From: Oscillospiraceae bacterium
GTDB lineage: Bacteria > Bacillota > Clostridia > Oscillospirales > UBA929
Assembly: GCA_031254195.1 (NCBI GenBank)
Contig: JAIRUW010000009.1
Span: forward strand, 13,906 to 77,905
Reading direction: 5' to 3'
DNA: 64,000 bases
Shown one piece after another: positions 37,015 through 46,096 of this stretch; position 1 is the first letter of the stretch, and every line of letters begins with the position of its first letter. Position numbers and translations under genes: made by a program. The notes below the pieces were generated by a model. That model was not told where the DNA came from and made no database searches. It was given only the letters and a program-made list of their open reading frames with translations.

Positions 37015-37799
37015 GGGACCATCCCCCCTATCACGTCGTTAAGTATGTGAAACATCTCCGAAAAGAGGGTATTGGAGAAGCTGGTGAACACCGGCAGCAT
37101 CAGCGCCAGCACGATCAGCCCTAGGAATATCTTAAGCGGTATGCCCACCACAAAGACATTCATTTGCGGCGACGTACGCACGATCACACCCAGCGCCACC
37201 TCAAGAATCAGGGCCGACGCCAGCATCGGCATCGCCACCTGTACGGCCATCGTGAAGGTCCGTATAAAGACCTCCCCCATCGCGTAGGCAAGCTCAGGCC
37301 GGAGGATGCCCGCGCCCACTGGGATGACCTCAAATGTCCTCGCCATCATGACTACAAGCTGGGTAAAGGCCCCCGAAAGGATAAACGACACAATCAGCAC
37401 TGTGTTGAGCAGGGTGCTGGTTACAGCCGCCTGGCCCCCTATCGAGGCGTCGAATACCTGCGCCATCGTAAGCCCGATTTGCATATCGATGATATGCGCC
37501 GCTGTATACACCACGTTGAAGAACAGCAATGTGATAAACCCGATCACCAGCCCGACCGTGAGCTCGCTGATGACGGCGAAGGCCAGCGAAAAGAGGCTGT
37601 TGTACGGATACAGCTCGGGCGGGGGGGCGAAATTGATGATAATGGCGGCTGTCAGCAGCGAAAGCCCAATTTTTGCCATGGCGGGGATGCTCTGCCGGGC
37701 GAACAGCGGCGAAAACACGAAGAGCGCGCTCATGCGCGTTACGATGAGCAGAAAATGCACAACCCAAGACAGAAAATAGTCAACGTTGGAAATCAACAT
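37011..37799 (-). CDS. fliR: Flagellar export protein FliR
   Basis: Multi-TM; IDMQIGL, RTSPQMNVFVVGIPLK. Confidence 0.95.
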   Translation of the reverse strand: MLISNVDYFLSWVVHFLLIVTRMSALFVFSPLFARQSIPAMAKIGLSLLTAAIIINFAPPPELYPYNSLFSLAFAVISELTVGLVIGFITLLFFNVVYTAAHIIDMQIGLTMAQVFDASIGGQAAVTSTLLNTVLIVSFILSGAFTQLVVMMARTFEVIPVGAGILRPELAYAMGEVFIRTFTMAVQVAMPMLASALILEVALGVIVRTSPQMNVFVVGIPLKIFLGLIVLALMLPVFTSFSNTLFSEMFHILNDVIGGMVP

Positions 37800-37819
37800 A
37801 CCCTATTCGCCCACCATTA

Positions 37820-38083
37820 TCATAAACCCGTCCACATGTCAAATATCCTCATCGTAAACTCCTGAAGGCGCTGAAGCATCCAGCTGCCGAAGAGAATCAG
37901 CGTGATAAACACGGAGAGTATCTTTGTCACAAACACGATGGTCTGCTCGTTGATCTGCGTGGTGGCTTGGAGGATGGAGATGATCAGGCCCGCCACAAGC
38001 CCCACCAGCAGCATCGGCGCCGCCACGGTGAGGATAGTCAGCACCGCGTCGGTAATGACGGCGGAAATTTGGCTCTGATCCAC
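37820..38083 (-). CDS. fliQ: Flagellar export protein FliQ
   Basis: GLIISILQATTQINEQT. Confidence 0.95.
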   Translation of the reverse strand: MDQSQISAVITDAVLTILTVAAPMLLVGLVAGLIISILQATTQINEQTIVFVTKILSVFITLILFGSWMLQRLQEFTMRIFDMWTGL

Positions 38084-38134
38084 GGCGGCCCGGTCCCTCC
38101 CTCTTTGTACCGCTTGTTACGCACCCGCGCGGCC

Positions 38135-38869
38135 TTATCCAAATGACCCTACAATGCCCCGGACCACCCAGTCCCATCCGTTGACCAGTACAAACAGCAT
38201 CAGCTTAAACGGCAAGGAAATCATGGCGGGCGGGAGCATCATCATACCCATCGACATTAAGGCGGACGCAACGATCATGTCGATCACGATAAACGGGAGG
38301 AAGATGAGGAACCCCATGCGGAGCGCCACCTTGAGCTCGCTTGTGATAAAAGCCGGAATCAGCACATAGGTGGGAATTTCATCCAGCGACGACTCCGGCC
38401 GCTCCAGCCCCGCCAGACTCATAAAGGTGCCCAAATCATCCAAGTGGTCATGCCGCTCTATCTCTGTAAACATGAACGTCCGTATCGGATCAAGGGCATT
38501 GACGTACGCCTCTTCCAAGCTGATCTGCTCGGCCTGATAAGGGGCCCACGCCTCATCATAGATACGGCTGAGCGTTGAGTACATGGTGAAATAGGTAAGG
38601 AACAGGGCCAAGCCGATGATGACCTGATTGGGCGGCATCTGCTGCGTGCCCATTGCGTTGCGGGTAAACGAGAGAATGATGACGATGCGGGTAAACGAGG
38701 TCATCAGAATCAAAATCGACGGCACAAGGGTAAGGACGGTAAGCAGCAGCAGGATCTCAATGGTCGTGGTGGCGCCCTCCACGCCCTCGCCGAACAGTGT
38801 TTCCAAAAAGTTCAGCGGAAATGTGGCCGCTTCCGTATCCAGTCCCGGCGCCAGTACAGAAAGAATCAT
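38135..38869 (-). CDS. fliP: Flagellar export protein FliP
   Basis: MTSFTRIVIILS, QQMPPNQV, PAFITSELK, MGMMMLPP, LPFKLMLFVLVNGW. Confidence 0.97.
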   Translation of the reverse strand: MILSVLAPGLDTEAATFPLNFLETLFGEGVEGATTTIEILLLLTVLTLVPSILILMTSFTRIVIILSFTRNAMGTQQMPPNQVIIGLALFLTYFTMYSTLSRIYDEAWAPYQAEQISLEEAYVNALDPIRTFMFTEIERHDHLDDLGTFMSLAGLERPESSLDEIPTYVLIPAFITSELKVALRMGFLIFLPFIVIDMIVASALMSMGMMMLPPAMISLPFKLMLFVLVNGWDWVVRGIVGSFG

Positions 38870-39696
38870 CCCATGTCTCCCGTATCGTTTCTGTCATCCA
38901 TCCTTGATTGCCTCTGCGCGATTAAATCCAGCAGCTGGTCAATCCGCTCCGAACGATCCTCTTCGCCTGTCCCGTCGTCGTATGGGTTTGAAGGAAGCGC
39001 GGGCGCAGCCGGCGGCGGAGGCGCCGTATACGCGGCCTGCGGGGGCGGCCCCGCGGCGGGGCGCGGGCCTGGCCTGACGCTTGTGTCCCCATAGAAGCGC
39101 GAACGGCGGTCGAGTGTATCCGGTTCGCTCAGCCGCGTCATGTTTTCTATGCTGGCCTGATAATTCGGCCTTCTGAACCTCGGCGGCGCGGGACGGCGCT
39201 CTTCCTCCCACAAATGAGGGTAACCCGCGTCCCTGGCGTTCTCCGCGCCGGGAACCGGGTCCTTCTCCGCCATTTGTTGTAAAACCGCCGCAAAAGAGGC
39301 GTTGTCTTCGGTTGGAGCGGCGCCTCCTTTGGTCAAACTGGCTTTCATGTTGCGCTTAAAAAGATTCCAAAAACCCGTGTCCTTTGGGGATTCATCGGTT
39401 TTCTTGGCATACTCCGGGAAATCCGAGGGTGACAGCTCGCAAAGTATAGTAGGCGCGCCTTTGCCCACACCGATGGCCAGCAGGCGCATCCCGATTTGCA
39501 CCAGCATGACATAGGAATCCCGTGAGAGCATCATCCGGTCTATGACCTTGATGCGCCTGCCGGAAAAAACCTTGCCCCCGGACATCCGCTTTGATAGGTA
39601 CACAAATCCGCCCATTACCGCGACAAAAATAAGAATGGCAAAAGCCAAACCTAATGCTTCCCCGAGCCCCATTGCGAGATAGGCGTTATTCGGCAC
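38866..39696 (-). CDS. fliO: FliO/FliZ family protein with long Pro-rich C-terminal extension
   Basis: TM followed by IKVIDRMMLSRDSYVMLVQIG; position between cheY and fliP. Confidence 0.8.
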   Translation of the reverse strand: MPNNAYLAMGLGEALGLAFAILIFVAVMGGFVYLSKRMSGGKVFSGRRIKVIDRMMLSRDSYVMLVQIGMRLLAIGVGKGAPTILCELSPSDFPEYAKKTDESPKDTGFWNLFKRNMKASLTKGGAAPTEDNASFAAVLQQMAEKDPVPGAENARDAGYPHLWEEERRPAPPRFRRPNYQASIENMTRLSEPDTLDRRSRFYGDTSVRPGPRPAAGPPPQAAYTAPPPPAAPALPSNPYDDGTGEEDRSERIDQLLDLIAQRQSRMDDRNDTGDMG

Positions 39697-40059
39697 TCAC
39701 CCCAGCACCTTTCGCACGGCCTCGCAGACACGGTCGGCTTGGAAGGGCTTTACGATAAAGTCCTTCGCGCCCGACTGTATGGCCTCGATGACCATCGCCT
39801 GCTGTCCCATTGCGGAACACATCACAACCTTGGCGGCGCTATTGGCCGCCTTAATTCCCTTAAGGGCGTCAATCCCGTTCATTTCCGGCATTGTGATGTC
39901 CATGATGACCAGATCGGGGTTAAGCTCCTTATAGCGCTCAATGGCGATTTTGCCGTTTTCCGCCTCGCCGATGACCTCGAACCCGTTTTTGGTCAATACG
40001 TCCTTAATCATCATGCGCATAAAGGCGGCGTCGTCCACTATGAGTATTTTGCCTCCCAT
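39697..40059 (-). CDS. cheY: Chemotaxis response regulator CheY
   Basis: ILIVDDAAFMRMMIKD, MDITMPEMNG, MCSAMGQQAMV, KPF; GGAGG RBS before ATG 40059. Confidence 0.95.
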   Translation of the reverse strand: MGGKILIVDDAAFMRMMIKDVLTKNGFEVIGEAENGKIAIERYKELNPDLVIMDITMPEMNGIDALKGIKAANSAAKVVMCSAMGQQAMVIEAIQSGAKDFIVKPFQADRVCEAVRKVLG

Positions 40060-40097
40060 AAGTCGGTTCACCTCCACGGTTATTGGGGTATTCGCGT

Positions 40098-41480
40098 TTA
40101 TTTCGACGGATTGATGCGCTTCGAGGGACTTACGATGTCTGTGATACGGCATCCGTAGTTTTCGTCGATAATCACGACCTCGCCCTGCGCAATCAGCTTC
40201 CCGTTGACAACGACGTCAACCAGCTCCCCGGCCATTTTATCCAGTACAACAATGGTGCCGGTGTTGAAATCTAAGATGTCCTTGATATACTTCTTGCTTT
40301 TACCGATCTCTACCGAAACGGAGAGCGGCACATCAAGCAGCAGATCCATGTTCTCTCCCAGACCCGCCGCGATTCCCGGGTCGCCGAAAGACGCGAAGTT
40401 GGCGGGACGGACGTCCACCGGCGGTTGCTGCGGCGGCGGCGCGTACTGGGGCTGATATGGCGGAGGGTAACCATATCCTTGCGGGGGGGGGTATGGGTAC
40501 CCGGGCGGGGGTGTTTGCAGAGGGTAGCCGTATGGAGGGGGAGCGCCCTGCGGTGGGTACTGCTGCTGGGCTGCTGCCTCCGGGGGAGCTTGCGGCGGCG
40601 GGGATGTATGGCCGGCCGGCTGTTGTTGCGGCGGAGGCGGGGCTTGCGGGGCGGCCGCGGCCGGTTGCGGAGCCGGAGCCGGTTCGGGCGCGGAGCCGGT
40701 TCCCATGCCCATCATCTTGTCAACCATATCTTTGGCGAAATCGATTGGCATGACCTGCATGATCTCAGAATCTATCAACCCTTCCACCACCATGTTGAAG
40801 CTGGTTCGCACCACCGGCCTGGTCGCCTCATTGAAAGGAAATTCCAGTCCGCCGCCCAGCTTCACCAGCGTGGCCGTGGGCGGGGAAATGTCAATGGGGA
40901 AAGAAAACATTTGAGACAGGGATGTGCTGGAAGAGCCGACCATCTGGTTCATGCACTCGCTGATGCACGACAGGTGCATTTCATTCAGCTCGTCCGCCGT
41001 ATTGGTCCCGTCGCCGCCCATCATCAGGTCGGTAATGATTTTTACGTCGTTTTCATGCAAAAACAGGCAGTTTATGCCCTCAAGCCCTACGGTGTATTTC
41101 ACCTCTACCGACACAAACGGCATCGGGTACTGGCGCGCCATTTCCGACAGGGTCGTTACCGTGACGCGCGGCGTCGTGATCTCCACCTTGTGGTTGAGCA
41201 GAGAAAAGAGCGTCGTGGCGGCCGTTCCCATGCTGATATTTCCAATCTCCCCCAGCGCGTCGATCTCCACGCTGGACAGCATCCCGGAAAAATCCTGCGG
41301 TTCATCCGCGCCGGCGGCTTCGGCCTCCGCGTTAAGCTGGCTGATCAGCCCGTCAAGGTCGTCCGTCTCCGCCGATTGAGCGTCATCCGTGGGCAAGGAT
41401 ACTTCTCCGGCGCCATCATCAGAATCAACCGCCCCCTGAAGTAGGGCGTTGATTTCTTCTTGTGAGAGGCCGTTACTCAT
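40098..41480 (-). CDS. fliY: Flagellar switch phosphatase FliY (CheC-like plus FliN domain)
   Basis: LSQEEINALL; two ExxN motifs (EIGN, ECMN); C-terminal LLDVPLSVSVEIG...NGKLIAQGEVV; start ATG 41480. Confidence 0.92.
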   Translation of the reverse strand: MSNGLSQEEINALLQGAVDSDDGAGEVSLPTDDAQSAETDDLDGLISQLNAEAEAAGADEPQDFSGMLSSVEIDALGEIGNISMGTAATTLFSLLNHKVEITTPRVTVTTLSEMARQYPMPFVSVEVKYTVGLEGINCLFLHENDVKIITDLMMGGDGTNTADELNEMHLSCISECMNQMVGSSSTSLSQMFSFPIDISPPTATLVKLGGGLEFPFNEATRPVVRTSFNMVVEGLIDSEIMQVMPIDFAKDMVDKMMGMGTGSAPEPAPAPQPAAAAPQAPPPPQQQPAGHTSPPPQAPPEAAAQQQYPPQGAPPPYGYPLQTPPPGYPYPPPQGYGYPPPYQPQYAPPPQQPPVDVRPANFASFGDPGIAAGLGENMDLLLDVPLSVSVEIGKSKKYIKDILDFNTGTIVVLDKMAGELVDVVVNGKLIAQGEVVIIDENYGCRITDIVSPSKRINPSK

Positions 41481-42465
41481 CGCTTGCGTCCTCCTTTTGG
41501 ATGATTTCGACAATCTTTGCGGCATACCGGTTGTCTTTTACCCCGATGTCGGCTTTGAATTTGGGCAGATGGCCTACACGGACGGTAACCGGCTGCGTAA
41601 TGTGGTGATCTAGGCTGATCACATCCCCCCTCTGAAGGTTGAGGATATCACGCACCGGAGCGAAGGTCTCGTTAAACGATGCCGACACATCAAGCGGTGT
41701 CATTTGGATTCGTTTTTGGATATCTTCATATGCCGATTCAATGTCCCGGTGTACGTCGGTTTGATATAAAAACTTTGTGGAAAGCTGTTGGTTGATCGGC
41801 TCCAGCGCCAAATGCGGGAGGCAGATGCTGAAAGTGCCTTCGGCGTTGTCGAGCTTGACGCTGATAGAGATGATGGCCACCGTTTCGTTCATAGCGACGA
41901 TTTGAGCGAACTGCGGGCTTGTTTCGAGCCGGTCAAGCGTGGTGGTGATGGCCACAACCTTTTCCCAGGATTCCCCGAACAGCGGCAGAAACTGGCGCAT
42001 GATACGCTCAAGCAGAACCAGCTCAATCTCGGTAAAACCGCGTGATACGCTTTCTTTATCGGGCGTCCCGCCAAGGAGGCGGGAGATGATGGCATAGGAG
42101 AGGTCGGGGGACAGCTCTAACAAGATGGAACCGACCATCGGGGGCATACGCACAACAGCCAGAATCAGCGGGCTTGGCAGGGCGTTGACGAACTCCGCGT
42201 ACTTCGTCTCCTCGACCGATACGACCTCCGCCGTGCACATGGCGCGCAAAGTCCCTGAAAGGTAGGACGAAAAGAGCCGGGCGAAGGTGTCATAGATAAC
42301 TTTTAAGGTGCGGATGTGTTCTTTGTTAAACCGGTTAGCCGTTCTGAAGTCGTAATCCCGAATCTGATTCATCAAGGCGGCTTCCAAGGGCGCCGCCTCT
42401 ATACCGTCGGATTCGATAGCGTTTAACAGGGCATCAATCTCCTCCTGTGACAAAACACCGGCCAA
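41473..42465 (-). CDS. fliM: Flagellar switch protein FliM
   Basis: VLSQEEIDALL, YDFRTANRF, LETSPQF; TTG start. Confidence 0.95.
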   Translation of the reverse strand: MAGVLSQEEIDALLNAIESDGIEAAPLEAALMNQIRDYDFRTANRFNKEHIRTLKVIYDTFARLFSSYLSGTLRAMCTAEVVSVEETKYAEFVNALPSPLILAVVRMPPMVGSILLELSPDLSYAIISRLLGGTPDKESVSRGFTEIELVLLERIMRQFLPLFGESWEKVVAITTTLDRLETSPQFAQIVAMNETVAIISISVKLDNAEGTFSICLPHLALEPINQQLSTKFLYQTDVHRDIESAYEDIQKRIQMTPLDVSASFNETFAPVRDILNLQRGDVISLDHHITQPVTVRVGHLPKFKADIGVKDNRYAAKIVEIIQKEDASDE

Positions 42466-42511
42466 AGTCTCTCACTTCCTTTGAAATAACAATCGCGGTC
42501 ATTCAGGACGG

Positions 42512-42937
42512 TTAGGTGTGGAAGAAAAATTCGCTGAAGAAAACCCGGGAGACGCCGGTGGTATTAAACTCCGTGTTGATTTTTTCCAGTATCTCAGCTT
42601 TAAGCGATTCCCTCCGGCCCTCCTCCGAGAGCTGGCTCATCGGTTTGTCGCTGATGGAGGCGATCACGATGTCCCTGAGGCGGTGGTTGCGCGCCTTAAA
42701 GGTTTCGGCGAGCGTCGCGTCTGAGAGCTCAAGCGTCACCGTGCAGACAACATATTTATCCCTTGTGTCTATATCGTTGGTTACATTGATCGTGAACATG
42801 TCTCCAAGCGAATACGGGGTATCGAACGCTCCCGGATACGGTTCCACCGGCGGAGCATTGTTGCAGCCCGCAAGCAAGCCCAGCAGGAGAACCGCGGTCA
42901 GCGCCAGCATTACGGTTTTCTTTCGCATGTCATCCAT
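42512..42937 (-). CDS. fliL: Flagellar basal-body-associated protein FliL
   Basis: FTINV...RLRDIVI...LKAEILEKIN...VFFSEF; position between motB and fliM. Confidence 0.85.
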   Translation of the reverse strand: MDDMRKKTVMLALTAVLLLGLLAGCNNAPPVEPYPGAFDTPYSLGDMFTINVTNDIDTRDKYVVCTVTLELSDATLAETFKARNHRLRDIVIASISDKPMSQLSEEGRRESLKAEILEKINTEFNTTGVSRVFFSEFFFHT

Positions 42938-42955
42938 TCCTTTCAGGATTTTGGT

Positions 42956-43786
42956 TTATGCCGGCTTTTCGTATGTCGTGCCGGCCTGTTCATCCATGTA
43001 GAAATTGCGTACCATGACGAATTCCACACGGCGGTTTTGTCTCCATTCATCTTCGGTGGTGCCGAAGTTGCCGTGGATGGGGCGTTCCGAGCCGTACCCC
43101 ATAGCCCCGCCCATGCTGGGCGGTATATCATAGTTATTCCTTACATATTTCCATGCTTCCAAGGCGCGCGCGGTAGACAGCTCCCAGTTATCAGTAAACT
43201 TGCTTCTTCCGGCGGGGATTTGGCGAATATCGGCGTGCCCTAAGATATTGAGTTCGCTGATCTCTCGGTTTATGACCCTTGGCATGACCAAGTCACTCAT
43301 GATATAGTCGATAATACCGTAACCTTCCGGCTGGAGCACATCGCTCAGGGTGGCGAAAAGAATCTCCCCTTGGCATCGGATGATAATCTGCGCGTCGGTT
43401 ATCTCGACGGTAATGGTTATCAGCGGATCCGCTCCCGGCCTCTCACTGCCGGCTTGGCCTTGGTTTTCGTTAAACTCGCTGACCTTATCGAGAATTTCCT
43501 GTCCAATCATAGCCCACCAGTCCGATGGGTCTGTCATCCATTCGGCGGGAACCTCGGGAGCCGTTTGGAGGCCGGTGTCCCCTATCTTATATCTGGAGTC
43601 TATCGTTTCGAATATATCGGGCGAGCCTCTGAGGTTCATCATCAGCGCTTTGTATTTATCAACATCCAGCGTAGACATCATGAAGAGCAATACGAAGAAG
43701 CAGAGCAGCAGCGTGACCATGTCGCTGAAAGTTGCCATCCAGTGTTCTTCCTGTTTTTCCGGCTGCTTCTTTTTTGATCTGGCCAT
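42956..43786 (-). CDS. motB: Flagellar stator protein MotB
   Basis: WMATFSDMVTLLLCFFVLL; OmpA-like GHAD, NWELSTARA, NRRVEF. Confidence 0.95.
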   Translation of the reverse strand: MARSKKKQPEKQEEHWMATFSDMVTLLLCFFVLLFMMSTLDVDKYKALMMNLRGSPDIFETIDSRYKIGDTGLQTAPEVPAEWMTDPSDWWAMIGQEILDKVSEFNENQGQAGSERPGADPLITITVEITDAQIIIRCQGEILFATLSDVLQPEGYGIIDYIMSDLVMPRVINREISELNILGHADIRQIPAGRSKFTDNWELSTARALEAWKYVRNNYDIPPSMGGAMGYGSERPIHGNFGTTEDEWRQNRRVEFVMVRNFYMDEQAGTTYEKPA

Positions 43787-43815
43787 CGTTCACCCTCCCT
43801 TGCCATTGAATATAC

Positions 43816-43844
43816 ATTATACCGTTTTACCCGGCAAAACGCAA
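43816..43844 (-). promoter_or_regulatory. Internal sigma-A-like promoter between motA and motB
   Basis: Minus strand TTGCGT-17-TATAAT in the 68-nt gap. Confidence 0.55.
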
Positions 43845-43854
43845 TAGCTGCCGC

Positions 43855-44640
43855 TTATTCCTCTATAGCATCCTGCGGTTTCGGCGCTTCCTTGGCCGAG
43901 CGCGGCAGGAACGAATAGAGTTTTTCTTCGATTATGCGCGGGTTTTCGCCCGCTTGTATGGACAGCAGCCCTTCAAGCAGAATCTCTTTATACATGATTT
44001 CGTCGGCGGAGAACCGTTTGAGTTTGGTCGCGATCGGGATGGAGATGATATTGGCTATCATACTGCCGTAGAATGTCGTAATCAAGGCTGTCGCCATACC
44101 GGCGCCCAGCGCCGTGGGGTCTTCCATCCGGCCCATCATGATAACCAGCCCGATGACCGTGCCCATCATGCCGAACGCCGGAGCCACAGCGCCGAGCAGC
44201 TCGACCATGCCTACCCCCTTTTGGTGACGGCTTTCGATCGAGCCTAGTTCGGCTTCCATAATATTTTTGACCAGCTCCGGGTCGGTGCCGTCAACGACCA
44301 GCATGATGCCTTTTTTGAGATAATCGTCGTTTAGCTCGCCGACCCTCTCCTCCAGCGCCAGCATCCCCTCTTTACGGGCGATGTTGGCTAAGGACACGAT
44401 GGTGTTGATGCCGCCCACAGAGTCGTAGGAGCTGTGTTTGAAGGCGTTGCCTATGATTTGGGGGAAGCGGAAAAAGTCGCTGAGGGAATAGGACGCGAAG
44501 ACAGCGGCTATGGAGCCTAAAATGACGATGAAAGCAGACGGTACGTCCAGATACATGAAGACGTCGCCGCCGCCCCAGTACATGCTTATCACCAAAAACA
44601 CAAAACACAGGATCATTCCCAGCAGGGTTGTAATCTCCAT
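43855..44640 (-). CDS. motA: Flagellar stator protein MotA
   Basis: ARKEGMLALE, APAFGMMGTVIGL, TTFYG, GENPR. Confidence 0.95.
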   Translation of the reverse strand: MEITTLLGMILCFVFLVISMYWGGGDVFMYLDVPSAFIVILGSIAAVFASYSLSDFFRFPQIIGNAFKHSSYDSVGGINTIVSLANIARKEGMLALEERVGELNDDYLKKGIMLVVDGTDPELVKNIMEAELGSIESRHQKGVGMVELLGAVAPAFGMMGTVIGLVIMMGRMEDPTALGAGMATALITTFYGSMIANIISIPIATKLKRFSADEIMYKEILLEGLLSIQAGENPRIIEEKLYSFLPRSAKEAPKPQDAIEE

Positions 44641-44646
44641 AAAGCT

Positions 44647-44871
44647 CTATACGCTCCCCTCTTGGCCGTTCTCTACTAGTACAGGCAGCTTGACAAAGAC
44701 GCTTGTACGATATTCGACGATGCGCTCTATCACAAGGCGCGCGTCTTCTAAAACAACCAGCTTCCGCCCGTCCGAAAGCGTAATGACAGTGTCGGGCGTC
44801 TCCTCGATAAACACTATCAAATCGGGATTGACGTAAAATTCTTTACTGTTAAGTCTCGTTACCAGTACCAT
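44647..44871 (-). CDS. flbD: Flagellar protein FlbD family
   Basis: VTRLNSKEFYVNPDLI...TPDTVITLSDG. Confidence 0.9.
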   Translation of the reverse strand: MVLVTRLNSKEFYVNPDLIVFIEETPDTVITLSDGRKLVVLEDARLVIERIVEYRTSVFVKLPVLVENGQEGSV

Positions 44872-44918
44872 CGGGGGTGCCCCTCCCTATACGTACTTCG
44901 CAGATAACCATGCTATGT

Positions 44919-44948
44919 ATTATAGCACACTCCTGACCAAAAGAGCAA
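44919..44948 (-). promoter_or_regulatory. Sigma-A promoter upstream of flbD-motA
   Basis: Minus strand TTGCTC-18-TATAAT with extended TG. Confidence 0.55.
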
Positions 44949-45044
44949 CCTTTTTTTCAAAAAACCTAAATGGCGGACAAACCCCGCCGCGGCCTAGCAT
45001 TCGCTCGGCTTAGGCGGGGAGCGCCCGGGCTGGAAATCCAATGA

Positions 45045-46052
45045 TTAGCGCTTCAAATTGATAAGCTCTTCCAGCAATGTATCGGAAACGGTGATAATAC
45101 GGGAGTTGGCCTGATAGCCGCGCTGGGTGACAATCATGGTGGTGAACTCCGCCGCGAGGTCCACGTTGCTCATCTCAAGGCCGCCCGCTTTCAGCGAGCC
45201 GCTGGGCCCTACGCCGGGGAAAGAGTAGCCGGGCGTCCCGGAGTTGGAGGATTCCCTGTACAGGTTGTCGCCGAGTTTCTCCAAACCGCCGGTATTCATG
45301 AAGGTGGCCGTCATCAAAACCGCGATCTCAACAGCCTCGCCCTGCTCGTTCAGGCCCTTGACAACGCCCGACTCGTCGATGGAAATCTGCCTGTAGTAGG
45401 TGGGGATAACGATCCGTCCGACGCTGTCGGGGATGAAGGAATCAAGATACTCGCCGGATTCAGGGTCGCGCGCGCCATAGATGGGAAGCCCTGTCGATTC
45501 TGTCCTGTATGTTTCCATCATCTCATCATAGGTGTCCATCTGTTCCCATTTGATGTCCTCGTCCCCCCCGATCCTCTCAATAACGCTGGCTTCCATAAGG
45601 TCCTCGTTTGCGAACGGCTCGGCGTCTATCAGCATGATGCCTTGTATATATTGGCCGCCGGCTACGACGAGGTAGCCGAAGCTGTCAAGGTAGAGGTTGC
45701 CCGCGCGGGTGTAGTACAGATCCGCGCCGTCCGAGACGGTAAAGAAGCCTTCGTCCATAATCATCAGATCCAGGGTGCGGTCAGTGCCTTGGAACGCGCC
45801 GACGGAATGCACCACGTCGATGGTGGAGGACATGGAGCCGAGGCCGACCTGGCGCGCGTTGATGCCGCCGAGGGTGCCCGCCGCGTTGGCCGCGGTCGCG
45901 CTGGACAGGTTTTGGCTGAACATATCGGAGAAGGTGGCACGGGCGGTTTTATACCCGTATGTATTGACGTTTGAGATGTTGTTGCTCAAAACGTCCATTT
46001 TCAGCTGGTGGTTGCGGAGACCGGTGACGCCTGCGTACATGGAACGTATCAT
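45045..46052 (-). CDS. flgE: Flagellar hook protein (short FlgE-type)
   Basis: SNNISNVNTYGYK, YTRAG, LEMSNVDLAAEFTTMIVTQRGYQANSR; position after flgD. Confidence 0.85.
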   Translation of the reverse strand: MIRSMYAGVTGLRNHQLKMDVLSNNISNVNTYGYKTARATFSDMFSQNLSSATAANAAGTLGGINARQVGLGSMSSTIDVVHSVGAFQGTDRTLDLMIMDEGFFTVSDGADLYYTRAGNLYLDSFGYLVVAGGQYIQGIMLIDAEPFANEDLMEASVIERIGGDEDIKWEQMDTYDEMMETYRTESTGLPIYGARDPESGEYLDSFIPDSVGRIVIPTYYRQISIDESGVVKGLNEQGEAVEIAVLMTATFMNTGGLEKLGDNLYRESSNSGTPGYSFPGVGPSGSLKAGGLEMSNVDLAAEFTTMIVTQRGYQANSRIITVSDTLLEELINLKR

Positions 46053-46096
46053 GTATGATTTCCTCCAGTAATTGTATTTTTACGGCCTGCGAAGGG

